Origin: Azolla caroliniana | Taxonomy: Eukaryota; Plantae; Polypodiophyta | Assembly: GCA_043228905.1 (NCBI GenBank) | Contig: JBHGNT010000020.1 | Location: forward strand, 10,788,001 to 10,852,000 | Length of the DNA: 64,000 nucleotides | Direction: 5' to 3' | Part shown: positions 24,548 through 36,500 of the stretch, one piece after another | Layout: each line of letters opens with the position of its first letter | How positions within the stretch are numbered: position 1 is the stretch's first letter | The notes under the pieces: generated by a model | The model's database searches: none | Told to the model about the DNA's origin: nothing | What the model saw: only the letters and a program-made list of their open reading frames with translations | Translations under genes and position numbers: made by a program

Positions 24548-26057
24548 TAACGTGGAACCAGAAGTTACGAGGCTAGGAACTCTAGAAGTTGTGAACGACG
24601 AGACTATGAACATAGGAACCTAGGATTAACTAGAGAGCATGAAAACAAATATGAAGATCAAGGAGACAATATGGCATGAAATGAGAATACTAGATTAATG
24701 TGTCAATTACTGGTGTTTAATCCCTTGAAAGGGACCAAGGAGGTTACAAGTATTTGTGCTGTGAGTTGAAGTACATGCATTAGAATATTCTGGACAATAT
24801 TCGAGAATCCTCCTGAACCTTCTAGTTCTAGAACTTTCTAGAGGTATGTGACCAGAGAGTATTTCTAGATCAAGTACATTATATACAAATATATGCTCAT
24901 ATAAAAAAGGTTGAGCATTATATATTGTTGACGTGAGGTCATAGGTTTAATCCTCACCAACTATGTATTTTATGTCATTGTATTGTGTCATTATCCTCCC
25001 CTTTACAACTGCCTTTTCGAAAGTGTGGTGTAGGGGTAAGTTGAAAGTAGATTGGAACACCAACAGGCGTGAGCAACCATGTGCAGTCCTCACCAAGAAC
25101 AAGAACTGGAACACGAATAGGCATGAGCGACCATGTGCGTTCTTCATCGGGAACTCGAACAGTATTTGGCATGAACGACCATGAGTAGTCCTCATCGAGA
25201 ATGGGAATAACAAGCATGAGCAACCATGTGTGGTCCTCACCGGGAAAGGGGAATACCAACAAGTGTGAGCGATCATGTGTGGTCCACACCAGGAACTGGA
25301 ACACGAACCGGTGTGAGCAACCATATGGCCCTCATCGGGAATTGGAACACCACTAGGTGACGGAGTGTAGACAAAGCAATCAACTTGCATTCTTCTATCA
25401 TGAGAGGTCGTTGGCAAGAAACAGACATGATCCCCACCAGAACTGGGAAGGTGAGCGATCGAAATCGATCCTCGCCAGAGGAAAGTGGAGCGAAACTTGA
25501 CCCAAAATGAAAATGGAGTGCAAGTGAGCAATGATTCGATCCCCACCAGGAAAGTGAGCGATTGTAACCCCCACTAGGACTGTGAAGGTGAGCGATCAAA
25601 ATCAATCCACGCGAAAATTGTGATGCAAAATTATATTTATAGATGGCGAAAACAAAAATGAAGAGGGCGGAACAATGATGATAATGGAAGACCATGCAAA
25701 GTAGTGTTGATGACGATGAAGGTTGGGCGAAGTAGCGTTGATGAAGATAACAAGAGGTGTTGAAAAATGATGATGTTGAAGATGAGGCGGTGAAGATGAT
25801 GATGATGAGGAAGTGTCTCTATAAGGAACGATTGTGACTATGGTGACAATGGTGTCTCTAGAAGCAACAACAACTGTGATGACAATGTCTCTAAAACCAA
25901 GGTAACTCTGGAAGCAAGGGAGATGATGAAGATGGGCGATGCTTCTAGTGGAATGGATTCGAATTGTCATGAACACACCAACCATGGACTACGATGGAGC
26001 ACAAATGATGAGGCTACGAATGATAAGGCTACGAACGTGGAACCGGAAGTGACGAGG

Positions 26058-29000
26058 TGTCAGGAACAATACTAAAATAGAGAGGGAATTAGTACTAAGA
26101 GATGTGAATTAGTACTAAGAGAGAGAAAAGGGTGTAGAACTCACGAGAGAAGGTGAGAGAGAGAGAGAGAATGATGATAACAAAATATATATTATATTAT
26201 ATGAAGAGTAAGTACAATAATAACTATGAGGCTTAAGATTGGCGTTGAAACGATTTGGTTCGAAATAATGCCTTGTGCCTCCTTTTATAGTGTTTTCAGG
26301 AGTACTCCTGAAGTTTCTAGAATGTTCCAGAGAAATCTAGAAATATCCATCAATTTTCTATAGTGAAATAATAAATGAAAATAATATCTTTCGTATTACA
26401 ATATATAGTTTAATGGCAAGGGTTCGGCCCATGTAACATAAGGTCATGGGTTCGAATATTTCCATATCATGACACGATCCCCCCTTTAAAACGACGATTG
26501 TTACGGGTTGTTTTGGTTTGAGGACCCGGTTTGTCTGGATATTGACAATGGAAATCTTCAAGAAGAGCACGAACATTGGTCACATTCTCTATTGGTTCCC
26601 AAGTACACTCGTTAGGGCTATATCCTAGACAATCGACCAAATAGTAGAGCTTGTTGCGAACAATCTTGGAATCGAGGATGGTGGCAACCTCGTACTCAGG
26701 TCCATCTTCAAGTTCAATTGGAGGTGGAGGTGGTTTGATACGACATGGGATAGTGTTGTCCTGATAGGGTTCTAGTATTCCTCCAGTACATGTCTTAGCA
26801 CTCTTAGATTCTGGAGCCAACTCTTGCTTTATGGATAGGAATTTTGCCCAAGCTCATTACATATCCCTAAGAAAACTTTCTTGCCCAGCATCTGTAGTAG
26901 TTATTGATGGTGGTCCCATTGCTTCCGGAAAAATCGTAGAAGAGTTATAGCTGATTTAGGTTGTCCTAGATAACTTGGTGTGTGTAGTATCATTTAATAT
27001 AATTAGTAGTCTAGACCATCCAATTGTCTTGGGGTTACCATGGTTCGAATTACATAACCCATACATAGATTGGAGAACAAGAGAAATTTGGGGATCTACT
27101 CTTAGGATTGCAACCATTTTGTTACGTCAATTGCGTGAGGAAGGATGTGTTAAGAATTAGGTAAGTAATTAAGAGTTAATTAGTACCTAATTATGCGATA
27201 AAGTTAATAAGCGGAAGATTATGTGATATGTGTGTGAGAGGAAGAGAGAGAGAGAGAGAGACTTATGAATAACACACGATGGGGGATGAGTAAACTAGAG
27301 TGTATATTATAAAACATCATCAAATCCAAAAATACCCACAATGAGGTATATATACATCTCATGTGCAAAGGTACACATGTGTGAGTAGAATATAGGTACT
27401 AATGTGTAAGTCCTATATTAAATGTACTTAGGAGTGGAGGATTTAGAATATCCCACTTAAGTACAAGGTCATATTTAAAGCGTTATAGTCAACACTTCTA
27501 ACTAGATTCTATCTAGGTAACTACGAAGTTACATGGTTGACTAACTAACTAAACTAAGTTGAGCTTGATCTCTCAACAAGATGCAAGGAAGCAATGTTTG
27601 TCTTTGCAATATCAGTAAACCTTTCGACACCATTAAAGAGGAATCCATAGTTCAACTTCTAGAGAAGTATTGTCATTATGCCGATGTGTTCGATAAGGTA
27701 CAAACCAATATGCTTCCTCACCACCGACTGTATGATTGCCCCATTGATTTACAACCGGGATTTAGCCACCATGGGGCCCGATCTACAACTTGTCACCAAC
27801 CGAGCTAGAAATCATTGAAGCCTATATAGAGGAGAATTTGGCAAACGATTTTATTCAACATTTGAAATCTCGAGCCAACGCACCCATTTCTTTGTCATGA
27901 AAAAGGATAGATCACTTCATCTCGTCGTAAATTACCATGGCTTGAATAAGGTCACTGTCAGGAATAGGTATGCACTCCCCCTTATCTCAGGTCTTTTAGA
28001 ACGGATAAATGGTGCAAGGTTCTTCACGAAGATCGACTTACGAGGATCATATAACCTCGTACGGATCCGACCAGGAGATGAATGGAAGACCACGTTTTGC
28101 ACAATATATGGGCACTTCAAGTATACGGTCATGCCATTCAGTCTCACTAATGCACCAACAGTCTTCCAACACATGGAAAATGATATATTCTGAGATCTCT
28201 TGGATGTTTGTTTGATCATCTATTTGGATAATCTACTGCTTTATTTGAAGACCAAAGAAGAGCATGATTCTCATGTATTGTTAGTACTAAAATGACTTCG
28301 AGAACATGGTCTTTATGCAAAACTAGAAAATTATAGTTTCGAGTGCAACCAGGTGGAATTTTTGGGTTATATCATCTCCTCAGAAGGCATCTCTATGGAT
28401 CCAACTAAGGTCAAAACTGTGATAAAGTGGCAGACTCCACGTTCGTTGCGAGATGTGCAATGCCTTTTTAGCTTTGCCAATTTTTACTGCAAGTTCATAC
28501 AGGATTACTCAAAGCTTATTCTGCCTCTCACACATCTTACCAAGAAGGGGCAGTCGTTTGTTTGGTCTAAAGAAGCAGACATGGCTTTTGAGAGTCTTAA
28601 GAAGACATTCACATCAGCTCCTATTCTAGCTCATGTTGATTCGGCAAAACCTTTCATCATTGAGGCAAACGCGTCGGATTTCGCCTTGGGTAGCATTCTT
28701 TCACAACAAGGCGATGATGAAAAGCTACATCCTATGGCTTTCCACTCACGCAAGTTTGACACCGCCGAAATCAACAATGAAATTCACGATAAAGAGCTAT
28801 TAGCAATAGTGAACTCTTTTACGCAATGGAGGCATTTTCTAAAGGGATCTTCTCATCAAGCCACCGTATTCAGTGATCACAAAAAATCTTGCCTACTTCC
28901 AGAATGCTCATGTATTTAATTGACGTAAAGCTCGGAAGGCCCAATTCCTCACTCGTTTCGACTTCAAAATTACATATGGTCTTGGGAAGCAACAAGGGAA

Positions 29001-30104
29001 GGCAGATGCGTTATCGCGACGCTCGTATCTAGCACCGCGTCCCGGTGAGCCAACATTTGATAACCAAAAGCAAGTAATCTTGGGACCGACACGACTGCAA
29101 GAAACGCGAGTTTTCGATATGCCATTGGATTCCCACATTATCGATACCATACGTGAGGACTTGAAGACATATGCTTTCACTCAAGCCATTCTAGCACAAA
29201 TTGATCCCTCTCGGGCATCTTGTTCACAGTCGCAACAACTAGGTATGGATTATCGACAATTCGAATGTCATGATGGATTATTATTCTTTGAGAAGCTCTT
29301 GTATGTTCCTAATGGTTCTTGTTGCCTTCGAGTAGTCCAAAATTGTCATGACACATATACATCTGGGCATTTTGGTAGTACTAAAACATTAGATTTAGTA
29401 CACTGATCATTCTGGTGGCCCCATATGCGACGATTTGTCGAAGATTATGTTCGGACATGTGATACATGTTGCAGAGCAAAGATGCCAAGACATCATCCAT
29501 ATGGTTTATTGGAACCATTACCAATTCCAAGCAAGCCGTGGCAATCCATTGCTCTAGATTTCATCACCGATCTTCCCGTTTCTAAGGGATTCAATGCAAT
29601 CTTAATAGTAGTAGATCGATATACGAAGATGGCCCATTTCCTGCCATGTACTAAGAAATCACTAGTGAAGAAACCGTTGAAACTGTCAGGAACAATACTA
29701 AGACAGAGAGGGAATTAGTACTAAAAGATGCAAATTAGTACTAAGAGAGAGAAAAGGGTGTAGAACTCATGAGTGAAGGGGAGAGAGAGAGAGAGAGAGA
29801 GAGATGATAACAAAAGATATATTATATTATATGAAGAGTAAGTACAAGAATAATTATGAGGCTTAAGACTGGCATTGAACCGATTTGGTTCGAAATAATG
29901 CCTTTTGCCTCCTTTTATGGTGTTTTCAGGAGTACTCCTAAAGTTTCTAGAATGTTCCAGAGAAATCTGGAAATATACATCAAATTTCTATAGTGAAATA
30001 ATAAATGGAAATAATATCTTTTATATTACAATATATAGTCTAATGGCAAGGGCTTGACCTATGTAACATAAGGTCATGGGTTCGAATCTTGCCATATCAT
30101 GACA
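26058..30104. mobile_element. Rearranged Ty3/gypsy chromovirus (Tcn1-like): LTRs 26058-26474 and 29684-30104, minus-strand chromodomain and PPT, plus-strand PR-RT-RH-INT remnants
   Basis: TG...CA LTRs of about 420 bp. Chromodomain EYEVATILDSK...YYLV...TWEP at 26500-26780 (minus). Protease LLDSGA at about 26800 (plus), [12 protein letters not shown], RNase H EANASDFALG...IHDKELLAI, integrase GHFG...CDTC and IALDFITDLP (plus). Many stops. Confidence 0.88.
27148..27578. mobile_element. Solo LTR inserted between protease and RT
   Basis: TGTT...AACA termini with 5-bp TSD GGATG/AGATG. The pol sequence resumes after it. Confidence 0.8.
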
Positions 30105-30108
30105 CTAC

Positions 30109-30375
30109 TGTTAGGAATTAGTACTTATTTATATGAGGCTTAAGACTAGCGTTGAACCGATTTGGTTCGAAATAATGCCTTGTGCCTCCTTTTAGAGTGT
30201 TTTCAGGAGTACTCCTAAAGTTTCTAGAATGTTTCAGAGAAATCTGGAAATATACATCAAATTTCTCTAGTGAAATAATAAATGAAAATAATATCATTTG
30301 TATTACAATATATAGTCTAATGGCAAGGGCTCGACCCATGTAACATAAGGTTATGGGTTCGAATCGTGTCATGAA
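30109..30375. mobile_element. Third, internally deleted copy of LTR family A
   Basis: Matches 29855-30100 (ATGAGGCTTAAGACT...GGGTTCGAATC). Confidence 0.8.
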
Positions 30376-31039
30376 ACTAGATTGATGTGTCAATAACTGG
30401 CCTTGAATCCCTTGAAAGGGACCAAGGAGGTTACAAGTATTTATATTGTGAGCTGAAGTATATGCATTAGAATATTCTAGAATCCTCTAGAACCTTCTCG
30501 TTCTAATGTATTTCTAGATCAAGTACATTATATACAAATACATGCTCATATAAAAAAGGTTGAGCATTATATATTGTTGATGTGAGGTTGTAGGTTCAAT
30601 CACACTAAGTTCTTGGGCAAGAGAGTTTAGAAGACAATCTAAATTAGTAGGCATACAACAAGAGCCAAACGATTATAATTGACAAGTTTGTAAAATATTT
30701 TATGGGTTACATGCTTGCTATAGATATGTTTTGAGATTGATGTTAGACAATCTATCAATATGAAGATGGTGTTACTGAGTACCAAGCCTAAACTAATAAT
30801 CGATAAGGAAAAGGGAGGGGTACTTTGGGAATTATGAAAAGCGCAAAGGATAGGACGAGAATTCTATAAACAATTATGACATTTTGCTTATAATTCTTTT
30901 TCTTGTCTACAATAGGCCACAATAATTTGTTGAGAGAGCTAGGTAGATATTGAGTCACTCTAGGGACGTGAAATGAATTAGGAATGGTATCGAGAGGACG
31001 AGGATGCCAACTTACAAAAGGATGACACAAACACACAAA

Positions 31040-32600
31040 TTGAGAAATGTTAGATAGATAGATTGTACTGCCATCAACCTATCAAGAATATGTGTATATC
31101 CCCTTACACAAGAATGACAGACACATACACAAATCGAGAAACAATAGAGAGGTAGATTGTACTACCATCAACCTATCGAGAATATGCGTATATCCCCTTA
31201 CACAAGAATGACACACACATACACAAATCAAGAAACAATAGAGAGGTAGATTGTACTATAATCATCATATAGAGAAGTTGAGAATGCTTCCCCTACACTG
31301 ATAGTCGCATACTGATAGATAGATGGAGTTTAGTATCGTCGTCCTACATAGAAGTCGAAGATACTTTGCCTACACAAGTATGTGACGAACAAACAAGGAT
31401 AGATTGTACTATTGTCATCCTACGAAGAAGGTGAGGATACTTCTCCCACACAAGGAGGAGATGAGTACACACACATATAGTTGTTATATAGATAGATTGT
31501 ACTATCATCATCCTATGGAGAAGGCGAGGATACTTCCCCTACACGAGGATGAGACGAACAAACACACAATTTCACAAAGATAGATAGATAGGTTGTACTA
31601 TCATCATCCTATAGAGAAGGTGAGGATACTTCCCCTACACGAGGATGAGACGAATAGATATGCGCATATAGGTAGATTGTACTATCGTGATCCTACAAAG
31701 AAGGCAAGGATATTGTTTGGTTAGGACCATGGATCTGTGAGAAAGATAAACTGAAAATACACAAACACGAAAAACAAAAAGAAACAACAAAAACGCAGTA
31801 CACAATATTTATGTGGAAAACCCTAAAACCATAGGACAACGGGTTTTCACTATTAATAGAGGTACATGAGAATGATTTACAACTCTCAGTGGAAACAGAG
31901 AATACCCTCTTAGGGTTTCGGCAAGTTTTCCTAAACTTTAACTCTAACTCTCTCGAGCGCTCTTGCGTCTCTTCCCACTCTCTGTTACACACCCTCTTTT
32001 GCACTCAACTCGCATCATCAACCATAATGTTTGCCCCAGGTGTATTTATACTCACACACAATATAAACTATTTACAAATATAGATGTTATTACTATTATC
32101 AAATAATAGTTGTTAATCAGCCGACTAATCGACTTGACTACCCGACCCACACACACAAGTCGGCAGTCTAGTCAGCCCGACTTGTCGGCTCCGTCTTCAC
32201 TTGGAGCATCCATCTATGTAGTCGACTATCATAGTCGTCTCTCTATCTCCTCCAAGAACCAATCGACTCGTTGGTCGATCCGATTGACCATCCAATGTAT
32301 GACTTTTCTCTGTTTGACTACCAACTTCTCTCATAGACTTCTACCAAGAACTAGTCGACTCGTTGGTCGATCCGATTGACCATCCAATGTATGACTTGTC
32401 TCTATTCGACTACCGACTTCTCTCATAGATTTCTAATGTCAACTTCTCCCATAGAAGGGACAAATTACTAATAGATACTTCCCCTACACGAGGATGAGAT
32501 GAACAAACACCCATGGATAGATAGATTGTAATATTGTAATCCTATAGAGCATGCGAGGATGATTACCCTACCCAAGGATTAGACCAACCCACACATAAAT
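31040..32600 (-). repeat. Tandem array of about 85-95-bp short retroposon-like units (about 10 copies), interrupted by a solo LTR
   Basis: ATAGATTGTACTATCATCATCCTATAGAGAAGGTGAGGATACTTCCCCTACACGAGGATGAGACGAAC recurs across 31040-31713 and 32474-32600. Confidence 0.75.
31714..32473. mobile_element. Solo LTR
   Basis: TGTT...AATA termini with TSD GATAT/GATAC. It splits one array unit in register (AAGGATA|...|CTTCCCCTACAC). Confidence 0.7.
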
Positions 32601-32721
32601 CTTATGGGCCGAGTAGTTAGATAGATATTTTTTTAGCAATCTATAGAGAGGTCAATGTTGACCCATAGGACCTAAAGTACAAAAACTTATCTTGATGCGT
32701 GTCTCCTTCCTAAGAAGGGAT

Positions 32722-33420
32722 AGTGGAGGAGAGGGGTAGTTTTGGGAATTTCCAAATCGTCATGGGCTGAGTAGTGTGTGAAAATGGAGGAGAGGGGTAG
32801 TTTTGGGAATTTCCAAATCGTCATGGGCTGAGTAGTGTGTGAAAATGGAGGAGAGGGGTATTTTTGGGAATTTCCAAATCGTCATGGGCTGAGTAGTGTG
32901 TGAAAATGGAGGAGAGGGGTAGTTTTGGGAATTTCCAAATCGTCATGGGCTGAGTAGTGTGTGAAAATGGAGGAGAGGGGTAGTTTTGGGAATTTCCAAA
33001 TCGTCATGGGCTGAGTAGTGTGTGAAAATGGAGGAGAGGGGTAGTTTTGGGAATTTCCAAATCGTCATGGGCTGAGTAGTGTGTGAAAATGGAGGAGAGG
33101 GGTAGTTTTGGGAATTTCCAAATCGTCATGGGCTGAGTAGTGTGTGAAAATGGAGGAGAGGGGTAGTTTTGGGAATTTCCAAATCGTCATGGGCTGAGTA
33201 GTGTGTGAAAATGGAGGAGAGGGGTATTTTTGGGAGTTTCCAAATCTTTATGGGCTGAGTAGTGTGCGAAAATGGAGGAGAGGGGTATTTTGGTAATTTC
33301 CAAATAATACGGGCTGGGCAGTGTGTGAAAATGGAGGAGAGGGGTATGTTTGGGAATTCCCAAATCTTGATGGGCGTGTGAAAATGGAGGAGGGGGGTAT
33401 TTTGGTAATTTCCAAATCTT
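32722..33420. repeat. 61-bp minisatellite, about 11 copies, immediately upstream of CK1
   Basis: Unit GTAGTGTGTGAAAATGGAGGAGAGGGGTAGTTTTGGGAATTTCCAAATCGTCATGGGCTGA. The first 8 or so copies are almost identical and the last 3 are diverged. Confidence 0.95.
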
Positions 33421-33546
33421 ATGTGTGTGTGTGTGTGTGTGTGTATCTCTCTTCTCTGTCTCTCTCTTTCTGTCTCTGTCTCTCTGTCTCTGTGTGTGTG
33501 TCTTCTTCTTTCTGTTCTCTCTGCAGACGCAGACGCAGACGCAGCG

Positions 33547-36500
33547 ATGGAAGCCATGGTCGGCTCCAAGTTCAAGCTCCTGCGCAAGATTGGGAGCGGA
33601 GCGTTCGGAGAAATATATCAAGGTTCTGTCTTTGGATCTCCCCCCCCACCCTCTCTTCTTCCTCTTCTTATTCGCGGCCTGTTTTGCTTCTTCACCATAG
33701 GCTTTCCGCAGAGACAGACATTTCTGCATATGGAAGCCTTCTCTAACCATAGAATCGATGCCGATGCCGATGCCGCCTTAGATCCAATGCTTTCGTTTCC
33801 CTTGATTTTCTTCATGTTTAGGGGTTGGGGGGGGTTTACTTCCTCACTCAGGCTTTGCACCGAGCTCACCTGATTTTGGACCATCATAGCATCCGACTTC
33901 TCATGCCATGGTCTTGCTTTCTCACAGACTTTGCGAGAAGAATGCCAATATGGAAAGTTTTTCCATGCATAGGCCCAACGCCTTTCTGCTCTTGTTTTCT
34001 CCTCGTCAGTTAGGTTTTTCCTATCCTCTAGCTTAGCACAGAAGAAAGCCTTTGAAAGATGGAAAAAAGGATAATTGTTTTTGCCACAACTGAGATTTTT
34101 ATTCATATTTTCTGCTTTTTTCTTTGTTGTTTAGTTCTTCGAACAGCCTGAAATAGCTAACCTTGCCGTTTATGCTGTCTTTCTCTCTCAGGTAAAGATG
34201 TGGTGAGCAACGAGGATGTGGCTATCAAGCTGGTAAAACCAATAATGATTCTTCTCTTCTCTTATCCTTGAGCTCTGCGTGTACATTTCTGTTTTTCGTT
34301 CTCCTCGTATGCATTGAACCTTATCTAATGTTTTTGTTCATTTAACGTTAAGTTTTCTGAATCTTTTCGAGGTTGTGCTTGTTTTGTGTGTATGGCATCT
34401 ACGAAGACCTTTTTAACAGGAGTGAGACACATTCACACCTTCAAATATACACTGCCTTTGAATGCAGGAGAGCGTGTCTTCGAAACATCCTCCACAATTG
34501 CTGTACGAATCAAAGCTTTATCGAATCCTGAGAGGTGGAAGTAAGCCCATTTCTCTTCTCCTCCATCTTTCTCCTGGTTGTGAGTGGACACGAGATTATT
34601 GAGGCATCAAATATTTGTGGTGGAGATGATCAATGCATATATACGTATTGGATTTTTCAACCAAGCCAGTGTTGGTCTTTCCAAACAACTATTGGATAAG
34701 AGTGTTGCCAGCACAGTGTAGTAGATAGATTGTTGAGATGAAATATGTAGTATTTGGGATCGGTTTGAGGACTTCTGACTGAATTACTAATCGGAGGGCA
34801 TTCTTGAAGGTCTCACTGTACACCAATGGGCTAAAACCAATAATTCCCTTAAAATTATATGTTGTCCTCTCTGAGAAAGGCAAGGTGAAAAATAGGGGAA
34901 TAGATTATTATGCTTAGCTGCCGCCGGTCATATATGGTGAGACCTTTTTGAGTATCCTTCTATTCGTAATTTAGTTGGAATGTCTGATTTGCAGTCCCAA
35001 ATACTACATATTTCTGATCCGCAAGCTTTATACATTGAATTGCTACACAACATATGATTCCATGATCATCTATACCATTGTTCTTTGGATCATATAATCC
35101 AATATGAATCTCCACATCTACATGCAGTTCACACATATGATGATGTGCAATCTTAATAATAGCCACACGACATAATCTTCAATGACTGCCTTTACCCTTG
35201 TTCTTTGGATTGTAGAATTCAATATGAATCTCAATTCATACATGCAAACCACACTTGTGATGCTATACAAACTTGATAATTCATGACCAGTTTCTGAAGG
35301 TACACTCTTAATTTTCAGCTGGCATTCCTGCTGCAAAATGGTATGGGAGAGAAGGTGACTTCAATGCCTTGGTTCTTGAACTACTGGGCCCCAGCTTAGA
35401 AGACTTGTTTGTTTTCTGTGGCAATCGTTTCTCTCTGAAGACTGTTCTAATGCTTGCGGAACAATTGGTTAGTTCTTGTGTATTGAAGTCAAGGAATGGC
35501 TGTATGCACACTGTGTTTTTCTCCCTGTCCTTGCAATATTCTTACATTCTTTTCTTTTGTGAACAGATATCTAGGCTAGAATATATGCACTCTCGATGTT
35601 TCATACATAGAGATATTAAGCCAGACAACTTTCTAATGGGCGTAGGAAAGCGCACAAGTTTAGTAAGTATCTATGTATATTATGGAGCTAAATCACTATT
35701 TCAAAACAACAGACCGATTAATTATGCTAATTATTTACAGGTTTATATCATTGACTTTGGCTTGGCAAAGAAGTATAGAAGTCCCTTGACTGGAGAACAC
35801 ATTCCATACAGGTTCCTCCCTTTCCCCCCTTGGCATCTTATTCTCTGTCAGTGCTTCTTTTTGTCTTGTGTAATTCAGCAAGATCAAATTTAGGGTGTTT
35901 ATATCTCACTATCCTTTCTGTTGGTTTAGAGAGTTCAAAAATCTTGTTGGGACTGCTCGTTATGTAAGTATGAATGCACACCTTGGAAGGGGTAAGAGCG
36001 CTCATGATCACTCATATAACTTACGTTTATTATATACTTTCCATGTAATTTATGTAATCTGTGCGATGGTGGAAAATTCCAGAGCAAAGTCGCAGGGATG
36101 ATTTGGAGTCTCTTGGATATCTTCTAATGCACTTTTTGAGGGGCAAGTATGTGACTTCTCTTTATTTAATTTATTTATTGTTTGAAATCATTGTTCAAAT
36201 TAATCATGTTACGTACAGCTTACCGTGGCAAGGAATGAAGGCTGCCCATAAAAAGCGGAAGGATGAAATAGTATTCCAGAAGAAAACAGACACTTCTGTT
36301 GAGGTTAGTTTGTAGTATTATTTGCCCATCAGCTATTTCAAATGTCATCCTTATTGATCTATACTGTTCAGGTTCTTTGTGAGGGTTATCCATCGGAGTT
36401 CTCAACATATTTTAACTACTGCCGCTCATTAAAGTTCGAAGAGAAGCCAGATTACAATTACCTAAAAAAGCTATTTAGTGACCTTATGAGCAGCCGAGGT

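Larger units (their letters stand above)
24548..30610 (-). mobile_element. Non-autonomous LTR element (LTR family B): 3' LTR about 24548-24990, PPT 24991-25005, repetitive internal region, 5' LTR split by a nested insertion (26033-26057 and about 30378-30610)
   Basis: Direct repeats AACGTGGAACC(A/G)GAAGT(T/G)ACGAGG at 24549 and 26034. 24690-24958 matches 30378-30608. Minus-strand PPT AAAGGGGAGGATAA abuts TGACAC. Confidence 0.65.

Noticed and set aside
24947-25985. ORFs of 109-199 aa
   Set aside because: Low-complexity translations of internal repeats with no recognisable domain.
30030-30098. Functional tRNA gene
   Set aside because: Acceptor and anticodon stems do not pair properly and it lies within an LTR, so it is treated as tRNA-derived.
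31040-31713. CRISPR array or hammerhead/retrozyme repeats
   Set aside because: Inter-unit sequence is microsatellite rather than spacer, and I found no CUGAnGA...GAAA core.
32722-33420. CRISPR-like regular array
   Set aside because: Units are contiguous and near-identical with no unique spacers, there are no cas genes, and the context is eukaryotic.
33126-34106. Several long overlapping ORFs
   Set aside because: They are products of minisatellite or microsatellite sequence and of the CK1 exon 1 and intron 1 frames.
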